Assembly (NCBI RefSeq): GCF_036971445.1
Contig: NC_091470.1
Location: forward strand, 65,348,001-65,412,000
DNA from: Narcine bancroftii
Lineage: Eukaryota
Direction: 5' to 3'
Length of the DNA: 64,000 bases
The notes beneath the pieces are model-generated. The model was not told where the DNA came from. It searched no databases and saw only the letters and a list, made by a program, of their open reading frames with translations. The translations under genes were made by a program, and so were the position numbers. Below, one piece after another: positions 1-12,640 of this stretch. Position 1 is the first letter of the stretch. Each line of letters begins with the position of its first letter.

Positions 1-1134
1 AACATTTCTTTACTAAATCACCTCTTTTAAATCCTAACATTTTGAAGTCTTTTCAATAACATCTAAATCAAGTTATAGTCTAGGCTCTTTTGTCATTTAT
101 GTGTTGGTTATCTCCATCAATTCAATCATATTCAATAAATCCACAACAGGCTCTCACATGGATAATTCAGAAAGATGACGGAAGCAGAGTAATTGGTATG
201 TTTCCAGGAAGCAGAGGAAATTAAACTCTTTAAGATTAGTTGCCAGAAATTGTCCTTGTTAAATAACTTGATGGAAACAAGGTAGGTTGGATTCTTGATC
301 AAAAGTGGAGATTGAATCTAATGGTAAATTTGTGTGATGGAATTTGTGTTGTTCAGATCAGAATAAATATTGAGAAATAATCAGATTATGAATCAAAGCT
401 CGCCTTTTAGGTGAGTGCAATGTCAGTTAAACTCAATCTGTTTCAACAAACTAATGACTCATGTTCTCAACATCAATAAATATGATGCAAATCTGGCAGG
501 AGAAAAAGAGAAATACAGTTCATTCAAATTATTTGTAATGTTTCCTTGGAGGTTCCACTGCTTCCCTCAGGGAGGTGCATTGGGTTAATAGTAGGATCCC
601 AATTGAATTAGAGGAGTTGCATGATCTTTCCTTTAAAATAAATAATCTTCCTATCAGCACTATTTTTAAAAAAACTTTCCTGGTCACATGGGAATTATGT
701 TTACATAATGATGAGGAATGGAAGTCTGTTAGTCTACAGGACAGAAACCCAACTCAAATCTGGCTAATCTGATCATGGCATGAGCCTTAGTAGTTATAAT
801 ATTTCTCATGCTCAATTTAGCCATCATTATTAAAACAACAATCTCAAATATGGTATTTATATACTTGATACATTGACTGGTCCAACCTGAACTCGACACA
901 CTTAATTAGATCCTGTCAAGCTGAGGTCAAGTAGACATAAATGGACAATTTTTAAAGAAGATGTAACAAAACAATAAATTATTAAGTAAAAATTATCACA
1001 ATAATTGTTCAAGCATATCCTCTATAAATGTGCTGGATTTTTTTCTGATATCGCAATAAACTCACAATAACAACACCAAAGGGATTCTTGATTATCTTCC
1101 ACCCAGCACACTGCATGGGGAAGGCTCTACTCAC

Positions 1135-1297
1135 TCAGTGGTGACTTCAATAAAGGCTCCAAATCTGGTTCAGTTCCGGATTCATTCTCAACAGAATCTT
1201 GGGGTGTGATGTTTGGTGTTTTAATATGCGTAGCATCTCTAGCTAGAGGTGATGGAGTCTGCCTTGGGGTTGGATCTGGTGTTGGAATCCGCATTAT
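1135..1297 (-). CDS. KIAA0586: TALPID3/KIAA0586 internal exon (163 nt, phase 0-1), IMRIPTPDPTPRQTPSPLARDATHIKTPNITPQDS...KSPL
   Basis: TTCTTACAG acceptor and perfect A|GTGAGT donor. The Pro/Thr-rich PTP.PTP...KTP segment corresponds to the human exon after the LFVDAG exon. Phase 0 is compatible. Confidence 0.82.
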
Positions 1298-1550
1298 CTG
1301 TAAGAATGGTGAAGATCAAATGAATCAAGCTATGGACTGAAACTTGGTGAGTGAGGACTTTAACTTCTATGAATGTTTGAATTTGAAACAGTTCAAAGGT
1401 TAGATGAGCGGAGAGTAAAAGTGCTGATCAAAGGTGCTCTAACATATCCATCACTGCACTGAACCTGAGCATGGCAGGTTGTTTGCGAGAGAAGGGTTAG
1501 CAACATATTTACAAATCATTTTGAGTAATTTTTAAAATTTTTAATTTTTT

Positions 1551-1770
1551 AAATTTAGACATACAGCATGATAACAGGACCTTGCGGCCCACAAGACCGT
1601 GCTGCTCAAATATCCCAATGAACCTACAACCCATATACGTTTTGAAAGGTGGGTGGAAACCGGTCCATCCCGAGGAAATGCACGCAAGAATGCACAAATT
1701 CCTCACAGACAGCCCCGGATTTGACCCCAGGTCGCTAGCACTGTAATAGAATTGTGCAAGTGCCACCCAC
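1551..1770 (-). mobile_element. tRNA-derived V-SINE (HE1-like)
   Basis: B-box-like GGGTCAAATCC, V-SINE-type core and CR1-like 3' tail. Same family as seven other copies in the window. Confidence 0.75.
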
Positions 1771-1999
1771 CATTTGTCAGAGAGCTTTTCAATTTTCCAC
1801 AGTTTTTCAAACTTCCTAGAACTTACCAATATAACCATGCACACACACAAGTAGCATTGGAGATACAGGAAAATCAACAATAAAACCAGTAAATGGGGAT
1901 TGTTCAGAAAACATTGGGCTGATATCCCACTCACTGTGGCCAACAGTTCAAAAGGGAATTGCTGGGATTCAGGTATTAACTCATAAGTAAGTTCAGGGT

Positions 2000-3300
2000 T
2001 GTGTGGATCACCCAAAAGATTGGGATTTGTCGCAGCTATAATTTACCCGATATACACACAAGCAAAGGAATACACTCATTTGTTCATCAGTACAAAATGG
2101 AGTAGATCATCTTTATTCTTCTCAGCCACAACACTGAAATCTTCATCCCACAGAACATTACCCAGTCAAACCCTCCCCCCCCCCGACCTTTTCATTGGCT
2201 CTCCGCCACACGGGCAATCTCGACTCTCTCAATCTCCTCCTCCTGTGTCTGAGATCCATCATTGTGTATGCAGCTGTCTGAACTGACTTGCACATGCACA
2301 ATACTACTCCCGCGTATTATCCTGAATACGTCATCAACAGTGACCAGCACTGCTCCTGATGTAGTTAAGTAGGTGACGGTGACAGACCCCTGCCCCAGCT
2401 TCCGAACCATGCAAAGATTGGAACTGTCCCACAATGCAATGGTCTGGAGGGCTGACAGCTCGGCCTGACCTTGAATGCTACTGCAAGGTGGACAGTGTAT
2501 GCTCTGACTGTCAGGGGTGCAACTGTTCCTTCGACGATGGCAGCAACACAGCACATGGACCGTCAATATACGCCGACTTCAATCTGTCAATGGAGACTGT
2601 GTCAGCTTTTCCATTTCTGCCAATCACAAAAGTCTTCGGATGGTGTTGTATGACCTCAAAAGATCAGTTGTAAATGGGGTGAATTGGTCTGTGAGTAGCG
2701 TCACAATGTTGTAAATTATCCAGCACATACACTGCAGGTGACACATGTTGCATAGATGTTGGTCTGCACAACTACATGCTTCCCCAAAGATGGTCAGCAT
2801 AACTCGATGGAACATAGAGCACCGTCCCTGGACCTGAACTTTCAAACTTGCTGAACAGAGTCAGCATGATACCATATGCCATTTCTGCCACTGAACATCC
2901 AAGATTTGCTTTTACAGCTATGCGCTCACAAAGGAGAACCATGGGCAAACACTTATCCACATAGATGCACATAGATGCATTGCCACCCGCTCTCAATGCT
3001 GCTTTCATTAGTGGTGGAAATGCTCAATGAGGCCATTGGCCTGCAGGTGATAAGCCATAATCTAAACGCGGGTAGTGCCCAAAAGATCAGTGAGAGCTCG
3101 GAACAATGCCAACTCGAACTGAGACCCGGAACATCGACAGACAGAACCCAGCAATCTACGAAAGCCCGAGCAATAGTCCCTGCAGAGATGTCAGTATCAG
3201 GAATGGCCTCCTGCCACTTGGTAGCGCAGTCCTTACATGTAAGCAGATAAGTGTATCCCCTGGATGGCTGAAGCAGAACCACCAAATCCAGGTGTCAGAG
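2000..3300 (-). mobile_element. Degenerate Gypsy LTR retrotransposon 3' end (integrase, PPT, 3' LTR)
   Basis: Integrase core PSRGYTYLLTC.D..TKW.EAIP...IARAFV (~3290-3140) and C-terminus KTFVIGRNGKADTVSIDRLKSAYID (~2640-2560). A G-rich polypurine tract at 2184-2170 is followed by a short LTR containing AATAAA (2117-2112). Confidence 0.8.
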
Positions 3301-4478
3301 CTTGTAGATTTACTGACTAGAGATACATTTGGGATATATCTTACTGTTTAAGTGCTGGACCCTTAATGGGATCCAATGGTAGAGGCATGTTTTTCTGCCT
3401 GAACTGCTAGGCATCAGATTTGAGACCCTGATCACTTTAACTGGGAAGCTAAATAATTTTTTCTTTAAATTATTTTCTGTTAGTTTTAATCTATAAGGGT
3501 TTTAACATCCTTTTAATTAACTGCTTCTTTTATTTTTTTTATTTTATTGTTTACAACATTCAATAATTTTTTACATATCCGAATAACTGTTAACAAAAGA
3601 CTCATAGATTTTGACACAAAGCAAAACTCTGCCCCAGCATTGCCTCCTCAAGGCATTTCTGGGTCATATCCTTAGTCCTGCTGCAGATATGGTTTACTCG
3701 CTGATGTTGCACTTGCTTCCTTGCCTGATTTCTGATTGAGCAGGATCAGCCTTTGACACACAGATCGGATCAGTGCGGACGAACAGGATAGCGAGCCCTA
3801 ACTGAGATTAAATAACTGCACATTCATGGCTTAAACAACAATCATGGGTAAAATTTATCCTTTGAACAACTGAATAAATAGTTTATGGTCCTAACAAAAC
3901 TGCTTCACTGACTATTTAAAATCTTTAACAAAGAAATTAAAGCTTATATATTATATAGGTATACATATAATATGCATATGTGTGTGTGTGTGTATAAATA
4001 AAGGAAAATAAATAATCTTTGATCTTCAAAAAAGAAACACATAAATTTATATTGGGTTATGTCAAAATTGTGGCTCTGAATGTTGAACATTCAAACACAC
4101 GACTCTTTGTTACAATGAAAGTTACATTTTTGCAGTGTTATATTCTGAAGCATGCACTTTAAGACCTTCAATCTTTTATCATTCACAACGAAAATACCAA
4201 TCTGATAAATGAAAGGGCTAAGATATTTCAGGTTCGTTAAAGCTCATCTTTTGCATCCACATGATAATTAATCTAAGGAAGGAAGTGTGCCTGAATTAGT
4301 TAGAAATGATCAGATTTTGCTTGTGTTGATTAGGAAAAGCATTTGCCTGCAGCATACTTAGCTTTATTGCAAAAAGCTTACACAAGTCAAGTTCTTTCTT
4401 CTCGGACACCTCAAATTTAAATTCATAGAAAAAATTAGCCAAGATTGCCAGCGACAAGTATTTTTAAATAATCTCTTT

Positions 4479-4676
4479 AACTTTTTTTTAATATTCTTTC
4501 TTTTTTCTTTTTTTATGGCTCTCCTTAGGAGAGTTGGCTGAAGTGGGGGGGTGGTTTCTTTTCTTTTTTTCTCTTTTTTTTATATATATAAAAAATGTTC
4601 ATGTTCATGTTTAATTGCTGTATATGTCATATATTATTTGTGTTTTGAACAAATAAATAAAGTTTTTTAAAAAAAA
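4479..4676 (+). mobile_element. Short 5'-truncated LINE (L1-like) 3' UTR with poly(A)
   Basis: AATAAA plus A-tail, flanked by direct repeat aatctcttt (4470-4478 and 4675-4683). Confidence 0.55.
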
Positions 4677-5039
4677 TCTCTTTCATTGTTGTATAAACAA
4701 ATTGTTACAATCTTAATTAATAAATTCTAACCCCTTCCAAATAATTTTTAGCATTCTACTCTCGAAAACAATATAAATATTTTGAGGTAATTAGATTTTA
4801 TATTTTCCTGTGTTGGTCTATAATCTGATCCAATAATTTGCATCTTAGAATGAGAAAATAATATTCCACTTATGCCATGTATTTTATCCCAGCTGACTTG
4901 TCAAGGATGTGGCAAATGAAGGTGAATTGGCTTCATCAAGCCAGAGTGCAAAATCATCACCAGACACACCTACTCTATTAAAAAAACATCTATTGGAGGA
5001 ATCGAACAAATCAAGCAGCATTAGTGGGGGAGAAGAAAT

Positions 5040-5150
5040 GTCAGCATTATGGGGTGAAACCCTTCCGGCTGAAACATTAACCTGCTGAGTTCTTACAGCA
5101 AATTGTTTGTTGTTCCAGATTCCAGCATCTGTAGTCTCCTGAGTGTCCCC
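5040..5150 (+). mobile_element. Degenerate Penelope-like pseudo-LTR fragment
   Basis: Contains acctgctgagtt...cagcaaattgtttgttgttccagattccagcatctgtag, shared with the GIY-YIG-linked copies at 7.7 kb and 32 kb. Confidence 0.5.
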
Positions 5151-5339
5151 ACATACTGAAAGCAAGTTAGGTGAAGGAATCATAATTAAACATATTAATA
5201 GCTTTTCTTTTTCAGTTATGTAGTCCACAGAATGAGACTTTTAAATACACTGTTGTTTTGCCCATACAAGTCACCTGCAAGAGATGCATATAATAAAGAT
5301 GGATGCACCAAATCTCAGAAGCTGATATTGGGAAGATGC

Positions 5340-5550
5340 AAAAGGTTAGCGTAGTGGTTAGTCCAACACTGTTATAGTGCCAGCAACTGGGACCTCTTTA
5401 TTTCGAATCAAAATGTTTGTAGGATTTTGTATGTTCTCCCCGTGTGTGTGGATTTCCTCCGGGCGCTCTGGTTATAGGTTAATTGGGTGGCATGGGCTCA
5501 TGGGCCGAAAGGGTCTGTTACCATGCTGCTTGTATAGATTTAAATTTAGA
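5340..5550 (+). mobile_element. V-SINE (HE1-like)
   Basis: A box TAGCGTAGTGG, core ttctccccgtgtgtgtggatttcctccgggcgctctgg, tail gggccgaaagggtctgtt. Confidence 0.7.
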
Positions 5551-5799
5551 GATGCGCTATGCGTTGATATCAAAACACAGTCCCAAGCTTCAAAATGCAG
5601 CACAACCTAATGATTATAAATATATACTCTTGACTGAGGACTTCAATTAAATTCACTAACATATACCATTGATGCGAATATATGTAGAAGAGCTTAAAAA
5701 AAAGTGCCCTAAAGAACACCAGTGCTTTGTTCTATTAATAGGTTAAGTTAAATTCCAGGACCAGCCTAAATATCCATGTCATTTTTACAGCACATAGAG

Positions 5800-6150
5800 C
5801 GTGTGGCAAGATTGGAATGACAGCAAATACCAAGTATGGAAATAGTTGTTGTGACTACAATACAAAAATAAAGAGGTCACTGTTTAAAAATAAATGATCA
5901 TTCATTTAAGACAGTGATAAGGTTTTTTTTTTCACAGGATCTTGAATCTTTGGGCCTTTGAAATGTAGTAGAAGTAAAGTCTTTAAACACTTTTAATGCA
6001 GATATATAATTTTTTTAAGAAGCAAGGCACTGAAAGATTACCAGAGGCAGGTGGAAATATAGGGTTGAAGTTTCAATCGAATCAGCCATGATCTTATTGA
6101 ATGGCAGAATAGGCTCGAGGAACCAATTAACCTTAATACTTCCTAAATAG
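5800..6150 (+). mobile_element. Old CR1 LINE 3' fragment
   Basis: CR1 3' UTR motif atcagccatgatcttattgaatggcagaataggctcgagg. Confidence 0.6.
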
Positions 6151-6154
6151 TATC

Positions 6155-6689
6155 CAGGTAGCCCTCAACTTCCGACCTATATTGGACCATGCGTGCAGTC
6201 ACCATTCTGAAGGAGCGCTAGCAACATGGCAAGCCATATGAAAAACATATCCCTTGCTTGCACAATGTACAAGTCTCAGGTGAAGCAGTAAGTGCCAATG
6301 AAGGAGCCATCAAAAAGGTTAATTGAAACTCTGGATGAGTTATCAACCAGAGTAAATTTTCAATGTGGACAAGTACCAGTTCAAGTGCAGTGATGGAATT
6401 AAGTTCAGAAGAAGAGACTTCTGATAATGTTCAAATGTTGACAATCTTTATTAAAACCACTGTGCAGGTACATATTTTGTAATAGAAGTACTGTATATAT
6501 GTTGAGATTCTATTATTTACTAGTTCATATGTTGAGTATCTTTATTAAAGGTACTAAACTGTTCATATGTTGAGATTCTTCATTAAAGGTTCATTTGTTG
6601 AAAATCATTTTAAAAAATTGCTTTAACACCTCATTAAACCATGCATGGTGGGGGAATCTGACTTGTATCCAATCGAGTTACGACCTGTA
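6155..6689. mobile_element. Tigger/pogo-type non-autonomous DNA transposon remnant
   Basis: Left terminus caggtagccctcaacttccgacc resembles Tigger TIRs. A related subterminal motif gagttacgacc lies near 6675-6689. Confidence 0.5.
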
Positions 6690-7292
6690 CACAAAAAAGT
6701 GTTTCTTTCTAAGATCATGATAGCAAGACTTAAAAACGTAGGATGGAATTTTTATTCATAAGAATTTTTATCCGGAGAAATTTATCCAATTAGAATGTTT
6801 CTTTGAAGAACTTTTGGCAAAGTAACCTGAATAACTTCAAGCTTGGTTCTAGTGAAATAAGTATTAATAAACTCTCATTTGTGCATTTTTCTTGAAGTAG
6901 AACAAGATTAAGTAGCCCTGCATTGTTTTATTATGCTCGTCAGCAGAAATCATGTCTACTTTGTTATATCAAACTTGCCAGATAGTTTATTTTGAAAAAC
7001 CCGCACAATTTTAGACATGGTTTTGTACTAAGCATGTAAGCACTGATGTTGAAGCTTAGTTCAGTCAATAAAATTCACACAATGAGTAAAATTCACATTA
7101 GCATCATTTACTGCACTCCAAACTAAGATATTCAATGATGAGCAGACATTATTATTTAGCTCCCCAATTACACACTACACCATAGAAATTTGATTAGGAT
7201 TGGTACTTAATATCAAATATCATTCCCATGCATATTATTAAGGTAAAAGTGATCAGATGCTAAATGTTTCATGTAACATGAGAACCTCTTAC

Positions 7293-7477
7293 CGGTGAGG
7301 GTGTTTTTTGCTGAGGAAGTTCTTGTATTGGTGTTTTTCCTTCACTCTGGCGTTGCCCCAGCATTATGGCAATTATATCACCAAGGGCTTCATCTACAAA
7401 CTGTCGAACCATTTGAGAGTCAACAGGAACACCTGCATCTACAAACAGCTGCAAGCCTCCTCCACCAGCAGCTTCGA
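7293..7477 (-). CDS. KIAA0586: TALPID3/KIAA0586 internal exon (185 nt, phase 1-0), VEAAGGGGLQLFVDAGVPVDSQMVRQFVDEALGDIIAIMLGQRQ...KTPSP
   Basis: CACAATAG acceptor and CCG|GTAAG donor. The diagnostic block LQLFVDAGVPV..FV.EAL...IA.MLG.R closely matches human TALPID3 as recalled. Confidence 0.92.
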
Positions 7478-7679
7478 CTATTGTGGAAGCAAATAATAAC
7501 ATTCGACATCTTAGCTCCGGAAATCGCCCTTTCAACAGAATAAATATACACGACGCTACCAAAAAAATTATATTTTCTCTTTTTTGTAAATGAAATTCAT
7601 GCACAAAAAGTCGCATCTTTAATGGCCATCAAAGGCAGACAGAATTACGCAGTTATCTCTCGGCTCTGATTCAGAGTGG

Positions 7680-8320
7680 TAATAAAAATTACTGATCTTG
7701 CATGTGAAAAAACGCACAAGTGCTGGAGAAACTCAGCAGGGCCCTTATGTAGCAAAAAGGTAAAGCTTCTCTACATTGGAGAGACCGGTCGCAGATTAGG
7801 AGATCGCTTCGCCCAGCACTTCCACTCCATCCGCAACAAAAGCGACCTCCCCATAGCCAACCGTTTCAATTCTGAGTCACACTCTCAAACTCACATGTCC
7901 GTCTATGGCCTTTCACATGACCCCACCCTGACCACTCACAGACTGGAGGAACAACACCTCATTTTTCATCTGAGCACCCTCCAACCCCAGGGCATGAACA
8001 TTGAGTTCACTGCATCCATTAATCAGCTTGCCTTTAACTAGTCATTCCAGTTTCTACTTCATTTCTCTCTCCACCTAGCCTAGACTCTTCCCCACCTCCC
8101 CCACCTATCATCTCCCATCCTCACCACCAGCACCCCCCGACCTTGTTCAGACATCTCTCATGTTCCCCCACACCTTGTTGAAGGGCTCAAGCCCGAAATG
8201 TTGGTGGTGTATTTTTACCTTTGCTACATAAAGGCACTGTTTGACCTGCTGAGTTTCTCCAGCATTTGAGTGTGTTCTTCACTTAACCAGTGTCAACAGA
8301 ATCCTGTGTTTTACTTCTAA
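7680..8320 (+). mobile_element. Penelope-like element 3' fragment (GIY-YIG endonuclease C-terminus) with inverted pseudo-LTR piece
   Basis: YIGETGRRLGDRFAQH...PIA.RFNS..H...EEQHLIF.L.TLQP.GMNIEF. 7716-7764 is the inverted copy of 8212-8270. Confidence 0.85.
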
Positions 8321-9008
8321 TCTTACATGTGATCATTTCTTTTTCATCAAGGTGCCTGCTTTGGTAATGATGTAAATTTGAAGATTTGGAGAAGAAAAAC
8401 AAAATATGGCTCTCTGAAAGCAACAGAAACTTCTTGATAATATGTCACTTTTATCAAAAAAGGATTTTTTCCAGAAATTTTGTTCCAAAAAACTGCCAGC
8501 AAGTCCCAAATTAAGATGAAACCATTTAGATTAATTGATGACACACAAAAATAAGTGTTGTGGACAGGATGTGCATAAACACATGATTGACTGTGATGTA
8601 GGGAGGGTGGATTTATGACTTCCACGTGGTGCTTTTCCCCAAGCTTTAGCCATGCTCTCACCACTGGTTACTAAATGGAAAGCAGACAACGATAAAAAAA
8701 GGGACAACTATAATGTCAGAAGCCAATCCTATTACGCCAAAGAAAGTTTTTAGAGATCCCACGCTAAAGTCTGTCACTAAGGCAGGAAAAACCAATCATC
8801 ATAAGGAAAGATAAAGAAAAACATGGAGGAAAAAAAGGCATGGGGAATAAAAGATTTAATTTACAAAATCCCAATTGAGAGCACCAGAGTAAAATATAGT
8901 GAGAGGAAGGAATTTTTAATAACTTAAACAAAATTACATGAGTTACATTAAGTATTGTTAGGTCAGAATTGGTGCAGTACTTTAAATTGATGGTAAGATG
9001 AAACGTAC

Positions 9009-9121
9009 CAATATCCGAGCTTGACGACATACTCTCCTCACTTTCAGACTGTATGTCGTATGAGACTGGCTGTAAAGGACACATCTTACTTATGAGCCGG
9101 GTCATGAGCTCTTGTTCAACC
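9009..9121 (-). CDS. KIAA0586: TALPID3/KIAA0586 internal exon (113 nt, phase 2-1), VEQELMTRLISKMCPLQPVSYDIQSESEESMSSSSDI
   Basis: TTCCATCAG acceptor and G|GTACG donor. Matches recalled VEQEIMSRIISG...TSDI. Phases agree with both neighbouring exons. Confidence 0.9.
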
Positions 9122-10127
9122 CTGATGGAATCAGAATTTCAACATTTTATTACATTAAAAGAAAATAAGCATGCTGAATGCACCAGCATTCTTCATTGCA
9201 AGCAGCATGAGCCTTTGGCAGTGTCCGCTGGCCTTCAATGCTACTACCTTGGGGATTGTGGGCAGGTGCACAGATGGAACACAGCCAGGAAAGAGGTCAG
9301 ACATTAACACAGCTGAGAATGGGACCAGATGTGCCAACAAGAGTGTCCTGAGACCACATATGCAGATAGAGCATGGTCAGGATTAGGGCCAAGTAGGCAG
9401 CATGGATCTTTTGGCTGGAAAGTGATTGGGTCTGTGGCCAAGATTACGATACAGGGGATGGGAAAGTAGGCAGGTGTGCATTCAGAATCCAAGAGCTGGA
9501 GGGTATTCACATCATGTTGCATTGTCACCATGTCTATTGACAGGTATGCATATGGCCAGGAATGTGGTCATGTACACAGACATAGTGTGGTCAAGACTGG
9601 GATAAGGTAGAACTGACGGTGCATCGAGAGGCTCATAGCAAGCCGTGCAGCAGGTAACCAGGGAACAGAGCACGACTGGGATTTTGAAATGTAAACAGCA
9701 ACATGGGCAGAGAGTATGCAACCAGGAACAGAGGACCAGAGCACATCTAGGATCAAACCATGATTTATGACTGGGAATGAGGGCTGAGGTTCATCAGTCA
9801 GTGGGAAAGTTGGAGGGGATCTGTGGGAGTGTGGGATGAGGTCAAAGAAAGGTGGGAAGCAGACTCCAAGTGACTCAGGAATGAGGAGGAGAGTAGGTGT
9901 GAGGAGATAAAGGTGACAGCTATGGGACTGGGGAAGGAAAACATGCATGTGCAAGTGAGTGAGTGAGAGCCAGTGAATATGTGGTGGCATAAGATACACC
10001 AATAAAGTGTAGGAGCCATGCCTTCATATGGGTCATAATGAGGCAGTTACATTGAAAACGTTTTCTTCAATTAAGATCACCAGTGTATACAATTCACAAA
10101 TTTCAATATCTTAAACATGTTACCTAC

Positions 10128-10318
10128 CTCTCAATCAACCTATCAACTATGGGTTCCTTGCGTTCTATTCCTCCTACGATGTCAACAACTGGCTGAGGGG
10201 CAGTAACAGAGGGAGGAAATGATGGATCATTGTAAAATGCAGAGATGGGCTCAGCAAAGCCTTCCAACTCTATCCCTGGTTCAGGAGATCCTTGATACTC
10301 ATCATCATTCTCAGGGTC
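10128..10318 (-). CDS. KIAA0586: TALPID3/KIAA0586 internal exon (191 nt, phase 0-2), DPENDDEYQGSPEPGIELEG...YNDPSFPP...IERKEPIVDRLIE
   Basis: TGTATTTAG acceptor and AG|GTAGGT donor. Matches recalled TALPID3 motifs EPILEF, YNGPPFPP and IERKETLENSLIQ. Open frame. Confidence 0.88.
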
Positions 10319-10359
10319 CTAAATACACAATAACAAGTCATGCTTAAATAGAAATTGTC

Positions 10360-10850
10360 AGATAAAGATGGTTAAAAATACTCAGCAGTCAGGTAACATC
10401 TATGGTTAAAGAAACAGAGATAACAGTTCGGGTCAATGACCCTTCAACAAAATAATGAGAAAATGAATGTGTTTTAAGTGACAGAGAAGTGAAGAACAAA
10501 AAGGGAAGAAATGGTTGAGGCCAATATTGCTCAGATAATACAATTCCTATCTCTGCCAACTGTGAGATGGAAATCAATGTTTGTAAATTTTATTAACTCC
10601 ATCTGGTCTATGGAGGAAGATGAATGAGGGCAGTTGAAAATAGAAAAGGACAACAACGTTGACACAAACAGGAAAGTCCGGCTGAAATTTATGAATTCAC
10701 TATTGTTTTGAGATAGGAGAAGTAGTTCTGTTCCTCAAACTTGGTTTGCGCTTTGGCCATATGTCTTAGGAGAGGCCAGAGGGGAGAAGTGAATTGAAAG
10801 CAAGACACCTTTGCAGACTGAAGAGTTGTGCTTTGCCAAATGGTCTAGAA
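10360..10850 (-). mobile_element. Degenerate Penelope-like fragment
   Basis: Shares actcagcag.tcagg and the pLTR motif ttgttgaagggtcattgacccgaac (minus strand) with other copies. Confidence 0.45.
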
Positions 10851-11649
10851 AGTTCACTTCTCAGTTTTGTCTTGGAAATGATCAATTAATGACATTTTCC
10901 CAAACTTTGATATCAATACTCAAATCTGGAAAAAAAATTCAGTCCCCATTCTAAATTTTTGACATAGATTGAACTTGATTAAATATAGTATTTTTTTTCA
11001 CTGCACCATTTCCCATACACTATTTACACTTTTTTTTAACCAATCATTTTATATAAATTTCATTGCTCTAATTTTTCTAGTTTCCTCAGAGAATTTCTGA
11101 CAATGTTACCTTCCATTGTTAATTCCTCTGATATCCTTTACTTGTCAACCACAGGTTTCCCTCTACTGTAATTTACAAGGCTCTCAACCATTTCCTGCAA
11201 TTGTGCTCTCTGTTTTCTTCCCACCTCTCTGAACCATGGTAAGAATCCCTTTGTTACATCATAGCGCAAGCATCTGAAAACTCCTGTTTTCACCATCTCA
11301 GCCACATCTTTCTCTCTTTTCATTTTCAATGTTTACTTCAAGACCCCAGGCTCACTCAAATTACCTAAGACTCCCTGGTCCTTCCTTTGGCAAATTCTTA
11401 ACTATTAGTAATAAAACCACTACTTCTTATTTTTTGGATGCCTAACAATGTTGGCATATGATAGTCACTATTCCACTGAGGTCTTCTTTACTTGGAGATC
11501 GTCTGCAAAACTCTCCTTTCCATCCACAAATATGAATCTCACTAATATCATTTCAATTCTATGTTCTTGGTATTCTACACAGCACTAATGAAGATGTATA
11601 AGCTCCACAAATTGTACCATATTTCTTTTAATTTGATAATTAACATAAA

Positions 11650-11880
11650 GGCATTGCAGCCAGCGTAGCAGTTAGCATAACTGCATTACAACACCAGCAA
11701 CCTGGGTTTGAATCTGCTGCTCTTCGTAAGGAGTTTGCATATTATCTCCTTGTCTGCATGGGTGGACCGGTTTCCTCATACCCTCCAAAAACATATAGGA
11801 TTTGTTGGTCAATTGGTGTAATTGGATGGCACAGGCTCATCGCCCGGAAGGGCCTGTTTCTGTGCTCTATGTCTAAAACA
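11650..11880 (+). mobile_element. V-SINE (HE1-like)
   Basis: A/B-box-like head (gggtttgaatc), core ggagtttgc...gtctgcatggg, tail ggaagggcctgtttctgtgctctatg. Confidence 0.7.
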
Positions 11881-12254
11881 AACTGAACAATTTTAACTTA
11901 ATTACAGAGAAGCTTAAGTTGAATGCTTAAGTGGAATGAGAAATTATTTTCTTCAATTTTATTTCTTCACCAGATGCATTTAATAATTCTTGAAAAGGTG
12001 GTGGGGCCTTGTTGAATTGCTGCAGTCCTTTTTATTAAGAAACTCCCACCATGTTATTAGGTGGACGGTACACCAACAATGCCACACATAGATGTATTTC
12101 CAAGTCAAGACAGTACACAGATAAACACTGAGATTACTGTTATATTCCAATACTAGGTGATAATTACGATTTTTTTTAAAGTTGGAAAAAAACTAAAGAT
12201 TTTTGTAACATCCTACAACCTATGTTAAAAAAAATAGAAAAACATAAAAGTTGC

Positions 12255-12640
12255 AGCCCTAGAATCTTGAGCAGGAATAGAATTGCTGGAGGAACACTAA
12301 AGTCAGAGTATCCATGGAGAGAAATAGTCATCCAACATGGTTATCCAGACTAAGATGAAAAGGTGAAATTATATAGAGAGAGAGAAAGAAGCTGGGGGAG
12401 GGGCCCAGTCATGATAGGGTCCAGGACAGAAGGTGTGAGAGTTGGATAGGCAGGTAGAGGGAGAGGGATTGGGGGGTGGGGAGTAGAAAGTGGTAAAAAA
12501 AATGATAACGACAGTCAATAAAGAAAAGACGGAAGCAATGGAACCAGATTGGGGGTGGGGGTTACCTAAAATTAGAAAAATCGATATTCATGCCAGGAGA
12601 TTTAATGCTGTCCAGGAGGAACATGATATATAACGTGGAT
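12255..12640 (-). mobile_element. Degenerate Penelope-like fragment
   Basis: tgctggaggaacact..., a purine-rich middle and aaaattagaaaaatcgatattcatgcc, as in the 39.3 kb and 40.4 kb copies. Confidence 0.45.

Noticed and set aside
9160-10020. GC-richer intronic block with several short ORFs (possible Harbinger remnant)
   Set aside because: I could not identify TIRs, a TSD or a protein motif.
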